From positions 635,942 through 699,941 of the forward strand of contig NMRA01000177.1 in assembly GCA_002633005.1 (NCBI GenBank): a stretch of 64,000 nt of DNA, read 5' to 3'. Below are positions 51,504-64,000 of the stretch, one piece after another. This DNA is from Phoronis australis (lineage: Eukaryota > Animalia > Phoronida). Both the position numbers and the translations under genes were made by a program. How positions within the stretch are numbered: the stretch's first letter is position 1; each line of letters starts with the position of its first letter. The notes under the pieces are model-generated. The model saw nothing but the letters and a program-made list of their open reading frames with translations, did no database searches and had not been told where the DNA came from.

Positions 51504-53721
51504 CCAGATGCGCAGGCGCACTGCACAACCCTGGGGCAATTTGCCGCTCGAGTAAGATCTCAGGGTCTAACTCAAATCAGTCGTGTTATGCAGTATTCTG
51601 CAAAATGTCTGCGTGCGACAAGTCGGATATATGAAAATGGTGTTGTTGCATTGTAACATGAATGTCTAAATGTCAGAGTTTTCAGTTCAGGTCACAAGGC
51701 GACGGCGTAAGGCCGTACCGAGAATTAGCAGACGATACATGAACTTACAAGGTAATTCTTAGATTGGTCAGCTGTTCCGTACACACGGAATTTCAAAAGG
51801 ACGCACGCAGAGGGTATTTGAAACCTCCCAAACCTCTCAATCACAACACTACGTGAATTGAGCGAGCCTCGTCGGTAAACATAAGTTTTTATTCACCACA
51901 TTCCACATGCAAAACTGCCGAAGTAACGAGAGCCGTGAAACTACACCGTTCATGACTCCTATCCACGTTTCCAACGTTCGTGTCGTGTCACGTGACTCCG
52001 AGGTTATATAGGAACTTATTGACTTGCCTGGATATTTAACCAAATATCTAAAACTTTAGATTCTTAACTCAGTAAAAGTACAACTTAAAGTAGAAAGCGT
52101 GTAGCGTTTGGTGAATAACGTTAACTTTATTATTTGGGTCACGTGATCATGCACTCTCAGTAAATATTGCAAAACTAAAGGTACAAAACAACCAAATGTT
52201 GCTTAGGATAAATTTGAAGATGAAATCTTAAAAATGCTGTCCAAGCTTTCTTTCGAAGATAAAGCGGCAAACGTAAAAAACAAGTAATAAAATTTCCCCT
52301 CGGGACACAGCGTTAGAAGGATCGGTCCCAAAATTAGTCGCTATCCGTTTCCCGCTTCCCTAGATAAAACATCTACATGTGCCAAATCTCATTGAGACCC
52401 TGTATGAGTCTAGGAGATACAGGAGCGGACGCCGGACACCAGACAGAGATGACGGCAATATGAACACACATATACATAAATATATGATATATATGTTTAC
52501 ATATGTGTGTGCGTGTTCGAGTGAGTACTTTGAAAAAAATATCTGCCATCTTAATCCAATCATGACGAAAAACAATAGGTCTCGAGTTATTAATCAGATA
52601 CAATGTACATGCTGCGTATAAATTTCAGGTCAATCGAAAGATTCACCAAGTAATTATCTTCGACCTCGTGGTCCGAGAACATTATGGTTTAAAAGGCTAC
52701 GGTGGCTTTTGCCCTTTTCTTATCTCTTTGCTTTCACAAAAGGTTAAGTCCAACAAACAGTTAATTTCGCATCAACACGGCATAATTAGATTAACCAATT
52801 AACTCAAGAATCTCCAGACAAACTGCTGAGCAGAATTATTCCAGCTAAGAGTCAAAGGATTAGGCATAAAACCCGCCCAGATGACCGAGTGCTTGCAAAT
52901 TAACGGTATACCTTAGTTAAGTGGTTGAAATATACACACGCTAATGAGGTAAAGCAAATCAAAGAGCGAAATTGTTACGTTTATTTGCAAAATCCCTTAA
53001 GGAACTTAAATACTCACAACGCATAGAGGATGACCTTTTCAAACTGTACTTTTATCATAAGTCCAGCTGTGCAACTCGTGACCGTCAGTCAAAGATATAT
53101 TCGCTATGTTTTTTAGCAAGACAGTGCAAGAGATTATATTTGTATAACCGTGTCGTCTGTATTTTGCATGACCTCATGGCCCAACAGATCTGTTCCTTGC
53201 TTGTCTCCCAAAAATTGCATTAGAGATATATAAGTTTTCATCATCTTATCGTAAAAACAAGGGCCAGCTGAACGACTCTTTCGATTCGCGTAGCCAGTTT
53301 ATCCAAGTAAAAACAACCCCGTTCTAAAATTGACATAGGCGCCATGCACTTAGCATTGATGTTTATTGCAAACGGATTTCTCACAGATTTGTGCTCAATA
53401 AGGCGATTGTTTCGTGTTCACAAAATTCCTCGTAACGAGAAAATTAACTGTAATTCTACTACTACATATCCAATTCGACATGTTGCCCGCTCTGTCTACA
53501 ATACTTGTGCAGTGAATCAACCAACACTGTTTTTCTTGTCGTATCAACGAAATTGAACATTCTGAGACAAAACCTGAGCGATTAGTGTGCGGGTCACTAC
53601 ACATGCACATCAAAGGAGACAATGCTTGCCTGACAGGTTTCTACGGTCCGAGCACATCTCGTTACTGTAGAGTGTTAAATGATGAATCCAAATAAGTTTA
53701 GAAACTAACCACAAGAACATA

Positions 53722-53782
53722 ACACGACGACGACGACGACAACAACAACAAAAACAACAACAACAACAACAACAACAACAAA
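53722..53782. repeat. Compound (ACG)n(ACA)n microsatellite
   Basis: Directly visible. Confidence 0.9.
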
Positions 53783-55222
53783 CCGTAAGCGAGATCGACA
53801 CCATATCATGTTCAAAGCAAAATCTCACTTCATGGCATGATGTTCTATCAGAAGCCATGTCCAAAATGACGTTCAATGTTTCAAGCCTTTGCAAATGAAG
53901 AAAAAATCATGAAGATAGAGAACATTCGCAGTTTTATGAAGCACAAGCCAATTCAATACTTACAACGAATTTTGAAGGGTTAGTTTGAGGACACGAATCA
54001 GGTTCTACTACGTTCACTGTCGCGATTGCGTCTAAGCTGAAGTTGAAGTCCCGGGCCCTAGGTCATAACATCAAATTATCGTCCGCAAGAGCTTCATTTG
54101 CGCCACGGGAAGCTAATTCGACGACCAGTACTACTCATAAAAACTTGCCCAGCACAGAAAGGATGCAGCAGACGACAATTGATCTCACGCGGCGCAATAG
54201 AAATTAGTGATTGTGAGTCACGAATGGGAAGAGGCAAATTGGGTGACGCCAGCATCAGTTGAGTTGCTACTTTTGTGTCAGCGTCTTAGCGTTTATTGTC
54301 ATGTACAGTGTGCTTGTCAAGACCGTCGAAATCGATTTGTTTGGGAGATGACACATCGCGTGTTTGGCACCGTTCTGATTTCTTTCCATTCCTACATTAT
54401 ATGGGCACATATGCAATAAGTCTTCTATAGACCCGAACCCCTTAATTTACAACAAACAGGTGATAGAAACTCGCTCAAGCGAGAATAGAAACCTGAGTCC
54501 AGGGCCTCAGATATCCCGAGGCGCAACGCACTTAGCTCGTTTTTGAGAACAGAAGGAGAATATTCTTTGCTCGATGGATTTCAAATAAGGAAATATGACG
54601 TACTTATGTGTTCTCAATGACAATTTCGTTAAAGTAGAGTCTTGTAGTGCAAAATAGCCCTTTAGTGAACTACATCCGGATATAATTAAAGATTTACCGA
54701 TAACATGATGACCTTTAGACAACACTAAAAGGTGAATTTCAGTTTGATTTTTATAATTTCCACTATTGTGGCATCAAATATTTGTCACATCAAATAGTTT
54801 ATAACGATGACTTTTTCATACTGACTGCTGACACTTGTTTGCCGTAGTTGACATCTGAGGGTGTTCAATTACGTATTTGACAGGGTTGTGCAGCAGGGAA
54901 GTAGCGGCCGTTTTCGGATATAATGGCAACACGATGAGAAACGCATCATCTCTCTATAAAATGACAGCGTAGTTGGAGCGTTCTGCATCCTTGCATGGAC
55001 TTAATGCAGTGGGATATTTCCCAACGTTTTGTCAATTCTCTGCGCCCATCACACCGTCTAATTGTCAATATTGCGCGGTGGGATATTCAAACGATTCACG
55101 TCCAATGTCTCGTATGTCCGTGAATGAAAGAAACTGCATTTCGTCCCTGTAAGTCCGGGGGGTACATAATATTGGTCGTAGCTGTCAACTCGGCCGCCTA
55201 GTACGTCTCAATGTAGACGTTG

Positions 55223-55473
55223 CAGGGCTTGGAATGACCAATTACAAAAAAGAGGAAAATTCTCCAGGGATGTATCGTTCCACAAATAAATAGGCTTGTG
55301 TGATAGAAATATTTTTTGTGTTGTAAAATTTATCTGAAATAACCGTTTTCGCATGAATAAAGTCAAAATAATCACAAAAGAGAGACGAAAAAAGAGGAAA
55401 CTGGAAATCAAATAAGAGGAAATCGAAACCAAAGAGGAGGAATTCATATAAAAGAGGAAAATTCCAAGCCCTG
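55223..55473. mobile_element. MITE with perfect 13-bp TIRs CAGGGCTTGGAAT and a 6-bp flanking duplication ACGTTG
   Basis: TIRs and duplication (55217-55222, 55474-55479) are directly visible; internal AAAGAGGAAA repeats. Confidence 0.8.
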
Positions 55474-56267
55474 ACGTTGGGTCAACCTAAATACAATTTT
55501 TGTAATCTCACATCGCCCTTGTTGGCTTTTGTTAGTGAAAGAATTGTATGAATGTCATTCATTACTTTATCCCGCGAGTAAAAGTAAGTAAATTTAAACC
55601 GGAAATCGCAACAATACGCCAGGTCTAAAAGTACAATAACCTGATATGCCAGGAAAAAACGAGGAGACACAAAAAAGAATGGCATAGTGCTAAGCTTTGA
55701 GTTGCCTGAGTAAGTCAAATGACGTCACATAAATTCACTGTCAATTGTGTAACTTTATTGTTCAAGTGTCCAATCATTACATAACTTCAGTTTGAATTTA
55801 TAACTATAATTAAACAGTGTTACATTAATGAATTTGACGCCAGGTAGTTTCTAAGAGTTGCATTTCGTAAGAAAGTAGTTCGTTCACGCTGAGAAAACAC
55901 AAAAAGGCGACCTAAAATCCAAAGCCACAGTTACAGATTGTGTTGGGGTATATGGAAATTAAAGCAACCACGTACATCAACGACAGAGCCAAAGCTGCAG
56001 GCGATTGTAGTTGTCTCTCTAAAATCGATGTCGATCTATTTGAAAATCGAGAAGCAGAATAGCAAGTATTGACAGACATTTAACTTGTTTTTCTCTTCCA
56101 ATAGCTTAGTATGTATGTGTGTAATATTTTAAAGTTGCACCTGATCATACCGGGGTAATGTAGAACGATCGAAGTTTTATATCTTACCATGACCCTTCAA
56201 CTAGCGTAAAACGTCTACAAGCTAAATATCACAAGGAAAAAAGTGGAGCAACTCAACTGTACTTCCC

Positions 56268-56330
56268 GTTGTAAAAGGAGCCATATTGTAAAAGGCGCCA
56301 TATTGTCAAAGGAGCCATATTGTCAAAGGT
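56268..56330. repeat. 17-bp tandem repeat (GCCATATTGTAAAAGGA), about 3.5 copies
   Basis: Directly visible. Confidence 0.8.
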
Positions 56331-59300
56331 ACTATTTCCTTTTCGTTTCATTTAAAAACTCCATGAAAAGGATTTCAACGCAAGTTGGTCCAGTCGAAAC
56401 TTAATCCCAAATAATAATCATTCAATATAATTCCAAATACTTTCAAACTTAACTGAATTTAATATGAATTTTTTAGTTTTGTTTTTATTTTTGGTTGTGC
56501 ACCATCAACTAAAATGGCCGCCGTAGTGAGTGACCGCTGACTCATGCACTATGGGTACCCACTCAACTGCCGCCATATGCAATGAAGTTTCCGCGAAAAA
56601 TCCGCCTACTAAAAAAGAAACAATAGTAAAATAAAAAAAAATCACAAATAGGATTGAAAGTTACGTAATATTCCTATTTTAGTGATAACTTTCGACTGTC
56701 GAAACTCACCCAGTGCTGTAAATTGGTGAATGTAAAAGAAACGGTATTTTAAAGGGAAAGCAACCATTTTTGATGTTGCCTTGTAGAAACATTGTTCTGT
56801 GATACTTACTGTTTCCTTGGAGAGTATGTATTGTCCATGGAACACTAGGAAGTGATGTCAACGGCCCAACAAAGGACAAGCATCTTCGTTCTGCGTTCAA
56901 TGTCATAAGCCTCCTGACAGCCCTTAGTTTGATATGGGCAAAGGGTTGCTGGGAACATTTTTGTGATCGGAGGAGCAAACACGAATAGTCTGAAGTGACT
57001 GTGTTCAATAGAGTGTAGGACATGAATACAGACACATGCTTTCTCCTTTAAAACGGTACACTTAATATTGGTGCCGATCGCTTCCGACAGATTTGCTTTG
57101 CTATTTGTGAATAAGATTTAACACATTAATTTCACTCCCTAACTTTCTGTCGTATTACAACAAAAACACAGGCGTCACGACGCCGTTAAATTCTTGTTAG
57201 TTGAACAGTGTAGCTTTTTAAATAACGTTATCCATTTGCGTGTTATCACAAAAACACATATTTCCTGGTCAACAAGCATTGGCATATTATTGCAAAAAAG
57301 CAGCAACTCGCATTTTCCTGTTTGAACAGGAAAATTCGCGTTCTGTGGAATACATCGACCTAGTCTGTTCTTGTGGTTGCAACAATTGCAGTCACTAATT
57401 CTACAGCAAAAAAACGTGTCCTAGACAGAGACTGCAGACACTTCACGCTGAGCCTTGTTGAGAACAATTGAGCCGTTCTTAAGTTTTCTAGCGTAATTGA
57501 GGCCTTGTTTTGTTAGGAATGATTCTGAAACTGTATTAAGTTTGACTTGATCACATATCTTGTGTCCGCCTCAGGGGACTTCATGACGTTGACGAAGCTG
57601 GTATTCACTGACCTTTCGTTCCTGAGATTCACAGCGGGTTCTGTTTATTTTTTAAAAAATTAACCATTTGAACTCGAGTGGACAATAGTTTAAAAGAACC
57701 CACCAGACAGTTTTCATGTAGTGCAAAAACTAAAATCCGATGGCTTGATAACTTGAGTAATAGACATAAGATCGGGACATTTTTACGCCAGGCTAAATAT
57801 ACTGCCTTTTTAAACGATAACTAACGTTTCTCAAGCCACATCCAATATAGCCCAGGCGATCTTCGACGGAAAAACAATGATTTTTAATTAAACTTTCCAC
57901 TATAACATTGGTTTGAATTTGTACCTTACAGCAGTTAGAAGTGACTCCTGATCTCAAAAAACAAACAAATCGCTGCTGTCGAACACTGAACTCGTTCAGT
58001 TGTATAGCATGCAGTCTTGTTGCCACGTACTCAACGAAGAATTGATTGGTTCCGTACCCAAACACTAGATGGGGCTACCAGAAGTGCATACTGGACTTTT
58101 CTGGAGACAAGCCCGGGGCGTACATTCGGAAACTATCAGTTATGGCTACCGCAGACGGACAGCTACGCGCCTCCAATGCAACTGAGCTCAGCTCATATAT
58201 CAAGTCTGCTGCAAGATGAATCGTGAGGATTTCGCCTCACGAGGCAGTGAGGCGAATTTCTCATAATTATTGCTAGACTTCTTTCACGTACCAAGCATAA
58301 ATCCTCACATGCAGACCATTACACTCGGTAGCCAATGAAAATTAGTCATTGCATGACCTGACAACAACAGTTATCTTGTGCAAGTCATTCTAACCGTGTG
58401 TTCCGCTGCTTACTACAAACGTATGTACAGTTGAAACGTGTCAGTAAATATTTTGCTCGCCGTGTGCAGCGAGCTACGAGCTATAGTTGACTAAGAACAA
58501 CAGGTATTCGGATGCGCTGGCTCTTAGGCAAAAAGTCAATACGTTCGATATTTGGAAGTGCAGTTCGGTGTTATTTCAGTTCCATGCTATTTAATCGTGA
58601 TGGACAGACATTTTGTTGATGTGCCACAAGCATTTCTAAATTTAAAGTTCAAATTTCTTTCTTTAGTTTTTTTTGAACAATTTTGATGTCAGCCTTATTT
58701 AGGAAGAGGCTTTAAGTAAAATCGTCTGCGCTAAAATCCGATTGAAAACATTTCTTATATCACCCGGACATTTCGCCACTGTTTAGATGTCAATGTTGAA
58801 TTCTTAACCGAAGCGCTTTGGGGTTTAAAACAATACCACGCTCATCCGATCTTGAGTTGTTGCCGAATGAGCCCGCAACTCAAGACTCAAACAATGAATA
58901 AATGCGCCATTTTCTAATATTCTTCATTTCAGGATTGGCCTTCCTCAATAAACTTTTGAAACGTTTTCTCCGGTTGACGATTTCGATGTTCTTTACGGTA
59001 AGGAATATTACGAAACCGATTTTATTAGCTTAAAGGGACAGAGTACGGCCCAAAACGTAATTTGGAGATTATTGGTGGAGTTATAAATTTAACCAGACCT
59101 ACAAAACAGCAAACTCCGTTAATTATTTTGTAATTTAATTAGTAATCGCCAAATGTCCCAGTCGTTAGCTAACCATTCGCTACAATCAAGATCGGAAAGT
59201 TAACCAGTTGAATGAGGGGGGGGGGTCTAGCTCTGCCAGCAAAGCGTTGGCCCGTTACCGGTGAGGTAGTGAGTCCAATTCCCCGTGGGGGCTCATCTCA

Positions 59301-62300
59301 GGAAAACCACATTTCTTGCCAATAATGTCAGGTTCAAGCGTCATTAAACCCGTGCGTTGGACAATTTTGAGAGAAACAATGATTAATTTCTACCCCTTTA
59401 TTCGACGTATGGCATGACAAAATAATGGGATGCCAACTTGAGACATGCTGAACGCTGTTATCCAGTTAAGTGTCACGTTTCAAATGACTTTCCGTGATTA
59501 GCCACTGATCAATCGAAATTACAAAATCTTTCTCAACGACAGTTTCATCAAGTTCAGTCTCATGAGTCTCCTATTCCAAACGTCCTTGAAGAAATTAGAT
59601 TTTTTGGATCTGGGGCATCTGATATCAGTATTGTATTTTAATACGGACAAACATTCCCCAGTTATTTATCGTTAACTATGTTATATAGACAGTCCTCAGC
59701 CACGGGCAAGCTCACAACAAGCACGAGTTCCCTGGTATTGTCTGCATTAAAAAAATCAAATCCTTGCGCAGGCATTTCAATTCAACCTTAGCGTCCATGG
59801 TGAGCGGTGATCCGTGACCGAGAATCGGGGTTACTCAGTAAACGAGAAAATATTTCACCAGACACGCTTGGTACATTAATCATTTCCAAGTCGGCTCACG
59901 ATGTTCACACCGCGTTCACCTGGCAAGCCCTTACACTCAAGAGTCCTGATTGCTTTTCGTAAGCACACTCAACTAAATCCAAGTCTTTTGTGAAAAAAGC
60001 TTTGTCTCCATGAAAATACCTGGGAAATACATGGGTGCTGGCACGTAAAATTCTTACGCTACCGAGAATGAATACAGGATGTCGGATAATGAATTTCAAG
60101 ATTGAGTGAAACGTAAAAACCGTAAACGATGCATGTCACTGGTTGTCGTTCATGTCGGACAATCCGAATTTACGTATGTTTGTATAAAAGACTAAGAAAA
60201 ACGATGGCAACGCGTGCCGAATTTAGGTACAAAGGACCCAGCATAAAGACACTGAGTATTATCAAAATATCAACAATCCATGCCCTAATTAAATCTTAAA
60301 AAAATTAATTAAGATTTCGCTACCCGTCATTCAGGACAAACATTTAGCATTGGGTGTGAGTGGCCAGAGAATAACGCATTTTGTTAATGGCGTTATTAGG
60401 CGCATTTAAAAGCATGGTTTTCTAATCTGTGTCTGAACAACCGATAATCGTACAGGTCGGGAAGTCCCGCAGGTTTAACATGAACGAGGCAAAGATTAGC
60501 AGTCGACACAAAGTGATTAGGCATCGCTTATAAACCCGATAAACGTCGAATACTGAATTAAGTGATTGCGGTGATCTGGTAGCCTCGGCGTATTCACTCT
60601 CCCGAGCATCAAATCACTTGATTAACACAGTTCGGCAAACTTTTTGTTGTACGACAGCGACCACTTACTACATTTAAGAATTGAGGACAGTCAATCACTT
60701 GTAAAAAGTGCGGGAATATTCGTGAAAACCTTCGACTAAGTGTCCAATTGATTGACGCCTGGGGCCTGGCGTCATCCGTTAAAGTGAATACAAGGCCATA
60801 CACATCGTCAACAGATTCACTATTTTACCTTATTAACCACAGCAAAAGAACCATCACACTGTGACGACTTGGTTGCGAGCATACGTCGGTAACTTTGTGA
60901 CGTTCGCCAGAGTACGCTGAAGTCTAACTGTTGCTTTGAATACATTGTTGTTCGGTGTAATCTTTCCACCCATTGTACACTGAAGTTATTTGTCGGAAAT
61001 TTTGAACGCATGAAGAGATTTTGCAAATTTCGTTATGGTGTGGTGGCGTCTGGCCTTTAGTAGCAACAACAAGAGACAGATTCAATACACATCGCATAAA
61101 CACACGTTACTATGAACGATCTGTTAACATTTCTAAGTACTTACCGTGAGTAACCGAGATCTCATCGGCGGAAGGCCACTTCTGTTTTCGCTGACTTTGT
61201 AGCGGCACGGCGAGTGTCGAATTAGTGATGTGAGTGCTCACTAAAAACAACCGACCTCATCCGAGTTAAAAAGACGACTGTCTCGCGATCATGCTTGTTG
61301 TTCGCCACGAGTGTCCAGGCCAAATGTTTCAAACACAGTCAGGCATTCAGCGCCTTTCAAACGCAGTCGTGTGTAAGCGAGGCAAATGACTGTTTTGAAT
61401 ATAAACCTTGGCCGTGTTCGGAACTCTCGTTTGCTTTGTAGCCGAGGGGAACTTAAACAAGCGAATAATAGAATTTTGGAATGGAAACTTTTCGTGTGCT
61501 TGAAAGGTTAAACTACTTGTATTTCAAAGCACGGTCTCTTACAAAAGGCCAAACGTCTTGTAAGCAAATGATGACGAGTCCCCTGTATTAGTCAAGTAAC
61601 AATGTAATTCTTATCTGTGATCTTTTGAGTCTAGTAATTCGAATTCAGTCGGTAGTGATGAATAATTGAGGTGTGTTCGTTTGATAACTGATCACATGAT
61701 TGTCATAAGAGCAAATTAAAAGTATCTATTTTCGCAGGGGTTGGATCCCGGCTTTGTAAATTATCTTGCACCCCACGTCACAAGAGTGGCAGTGGCGTTT
61801 CGGTATGGAAACATTATTTTCTTGACAAATGCATTGATTACCAGTCAGGAAACGAGGTGCGACTTTTTTGAATTTGTAGGCACTATAGGGCACAAATTTG
61901 CATAACACTTGTTACTTGGCAAATTTTTGGCCAAGCCTGTTACCCTATTATAAAATATATTTGTTTTTTTCATTCTTTGTGTACACGATCCAGGCCGCTG
62001 GAGAGGCCATTTTTCGATATTCGATTTCGTAGCATTCAACAGTTTTTGAGCCATAGTTGAATGGCCCAATTTAATTAAAAACTGGCGCCTGCTGGGTTGG
62101 GTAGGGAGTTTTAGTTGTGTGTTGCACGTGAATGCTACGATTGTAATTTGTTTGATTTTTGAGTCTGTTTTGGGTTAATGATTGCTAGTTGTTGACCGCC
62201 CACATTTTGTTCAGTCGTGAATTTTCAAGTTCTCAAAATCTTTACCGCTTGCAAGCGGGAAGTTGAAACTTAGCACTAACTTAGCTACCCTCTAGACGCT

Positions 62301-62879
62301 TTGGATTTGTAAAAAATCTGGCTGGTCGACACCCAGATTTAATCTAATTTCTATAACCTGAAGAGTTTTGGTAATCTGAATGCACTGTCTCTGAGTTAAT
62401 AGACACGACCTTGACGGCACTTTCAGTAATCGTAAAAGATGGAAAATTGGCCTTGGAATTAGTTTCCATGGACCGTGTACAACTGAAGGTTTTTGTAGAC
62501 TTTGACTTTAAGTATCGTCAGATTTTGTATGCCTGAGAAACATAGTGTTGGAGCTGTCAAGACCTGTTTTTTTCGAGCCCAAAATCAGCAAATTTTGTTG
62601 AGTGCCACCTTTGACGAGGTGTATGCGCACCATTCTCGAGTTATTCGAGATTTTCTGTTCTGATGACTACTCTTGACTGATTCCGTAATACTGTTTTCTT
62701 GGCTTATCATTCACTGTATTAGACCCTATCGTCATCATAGTTTTTCATCCATTTTCATCAAGTGTACAAGGTTGTGTTTCATAAAATCGATTTTGTTATA
62801 GTTGTTCGTCGTCATTATCATGGTCACCATCATTTTCATTCATTTTCACCAATTTCGAGGACATGCATCGTTTATTTTC

Positions 62880-62952
62880 ACCATCATCATCGTCGTCATC
62901 GTCGTCGTCGTTGTCGTCGTCATAGGCATCATCATGATAATCATCATCATTT
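62880..62952. repeat. (CAT/CGT)n microsatellite
   Basis: Directly visible. Confidence 0.85.
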
Positions 62953-64000
62953 TCATTTCATCTTTCCATTCACTTTGTTAATTTCGCCAAGTGTTTGCTT
63001 TTCAGAGCGCTTTCTTCGTTTCGATTTTCTTGTATCGAAGTAGAACATTGCGAGATAAAAGGAGACATTACCTTCACGTCATGAGGCAATCCTGACACTG
63101 CACAGCCGGGGATCCACGTGAGGTTCTCAGTGTCCGGTTGCATGAAACAGTCCCAAATAGGGACTCAACTAAGTTCCCTAAATCTACTGCGCATTTTTGG
63201 ACTTGTGAAAACATCGATTGCCCTTTCTTGCATTTTTAGTTTCATAACTAAAAGACAATTTTTGACTTTGATTCAAACTGAGGGTGAACTGAACGTTGAA
63301 ATGTCAATGTTATCTAAAATAAGTAGGGATCTTTTCATGCAACACTCCCAATTTAAGGACTAAGTCCCTATTTAATTTCAATGATCTCTGTTCTCAGTTC
63401 TTAGTTATATTATTAGAAAATGTCTTTAATCAAAGACAAGCTAATGATAGAGATGAAATGATAGAAAAATATTGCATATGTGAGTCCATAAAGACACAAA
63501 TATGCACAAAGACTTAGGGACCTTAGTTGAGTCCCTCTTTGGCCACTGGAGCTCACGCTCAGTGCTTTTCAGTTACGCGCAAGACTACAGACCTTGAGCG
63601 AGGTTAAGTATGGCGATTCTGTCCCACTCGTTTCATCCAAATTTCCAAACCTTTCAAAGCTTTTGTCACTTTTCGGTATTTGTTGTGCAACCACTGTAAA
63701 ACCAAGAAGGCATCCAGGTAAAAAGTAAAATCGTTTGTTATCACTTCAAACTGTCTTTTACATTCTGCCTTTCACTCGCAATGACCGAACCTCTTTCAGT
63801 AAAAATGAGACCTCACTCTTTCAGAGGCTCATCTTTCTAAGTGAACCTTTTGTAGGGAAAAAATCCACGAACGCACCCTTTCGGAGAAACTTTTTCGGCG
63901 AAGGTATTCTTACATGGCTTCATCCACCTTCTGAGTGGCAAGATTTATTAAAGCTCACAAGACCGATCTTAGCTGAAACGATAGTTCGACTGTCAATTTG

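Noticed and set aside
53610-53894. Poly-Cys/Arg ORF, and the His/Arg-rich ORF at 62762-63043
   Set aside because: Both are translations of trinucleotide microsatellites.

Overview
Eukaryotic (animal, probably invertebrate) genomic DNA with spliceosomal GT-AG introns and small N gaps. Left to right: (1) the 5' part of a FAN1 nuclease gene on the minus strand (7 coding exons read; continues off the left edge). (2) A short bidirectional promoter at ~9.15-9.23 kb. (3) A two-exon, 83-aa acidic microprotein ORF missed by the ORF track. Its second exon appears to run on, with no poly(A) signal, into the start exon (MAFVVGIG) of a 7-exon nicotinamide riboside kinase (NMRK/NRK1-like) gene, suggesting a bicistronic transcript. 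(4) A tandem duplicate of this unit with an intact second NMRK but a decayed microprotein ORF, plus an extra partial copy between assembly gaps. (5) A GAS1-like GPI-anchored gene with one coding exon on the minus strand, inside a long CpG-richer non-coding region. Mobile DNA includes a piggyBac-like element, tRNA-derived SINEs, LINE 3' fragments and MITEs. Exon coordinates were read by eye and no database searches were run.
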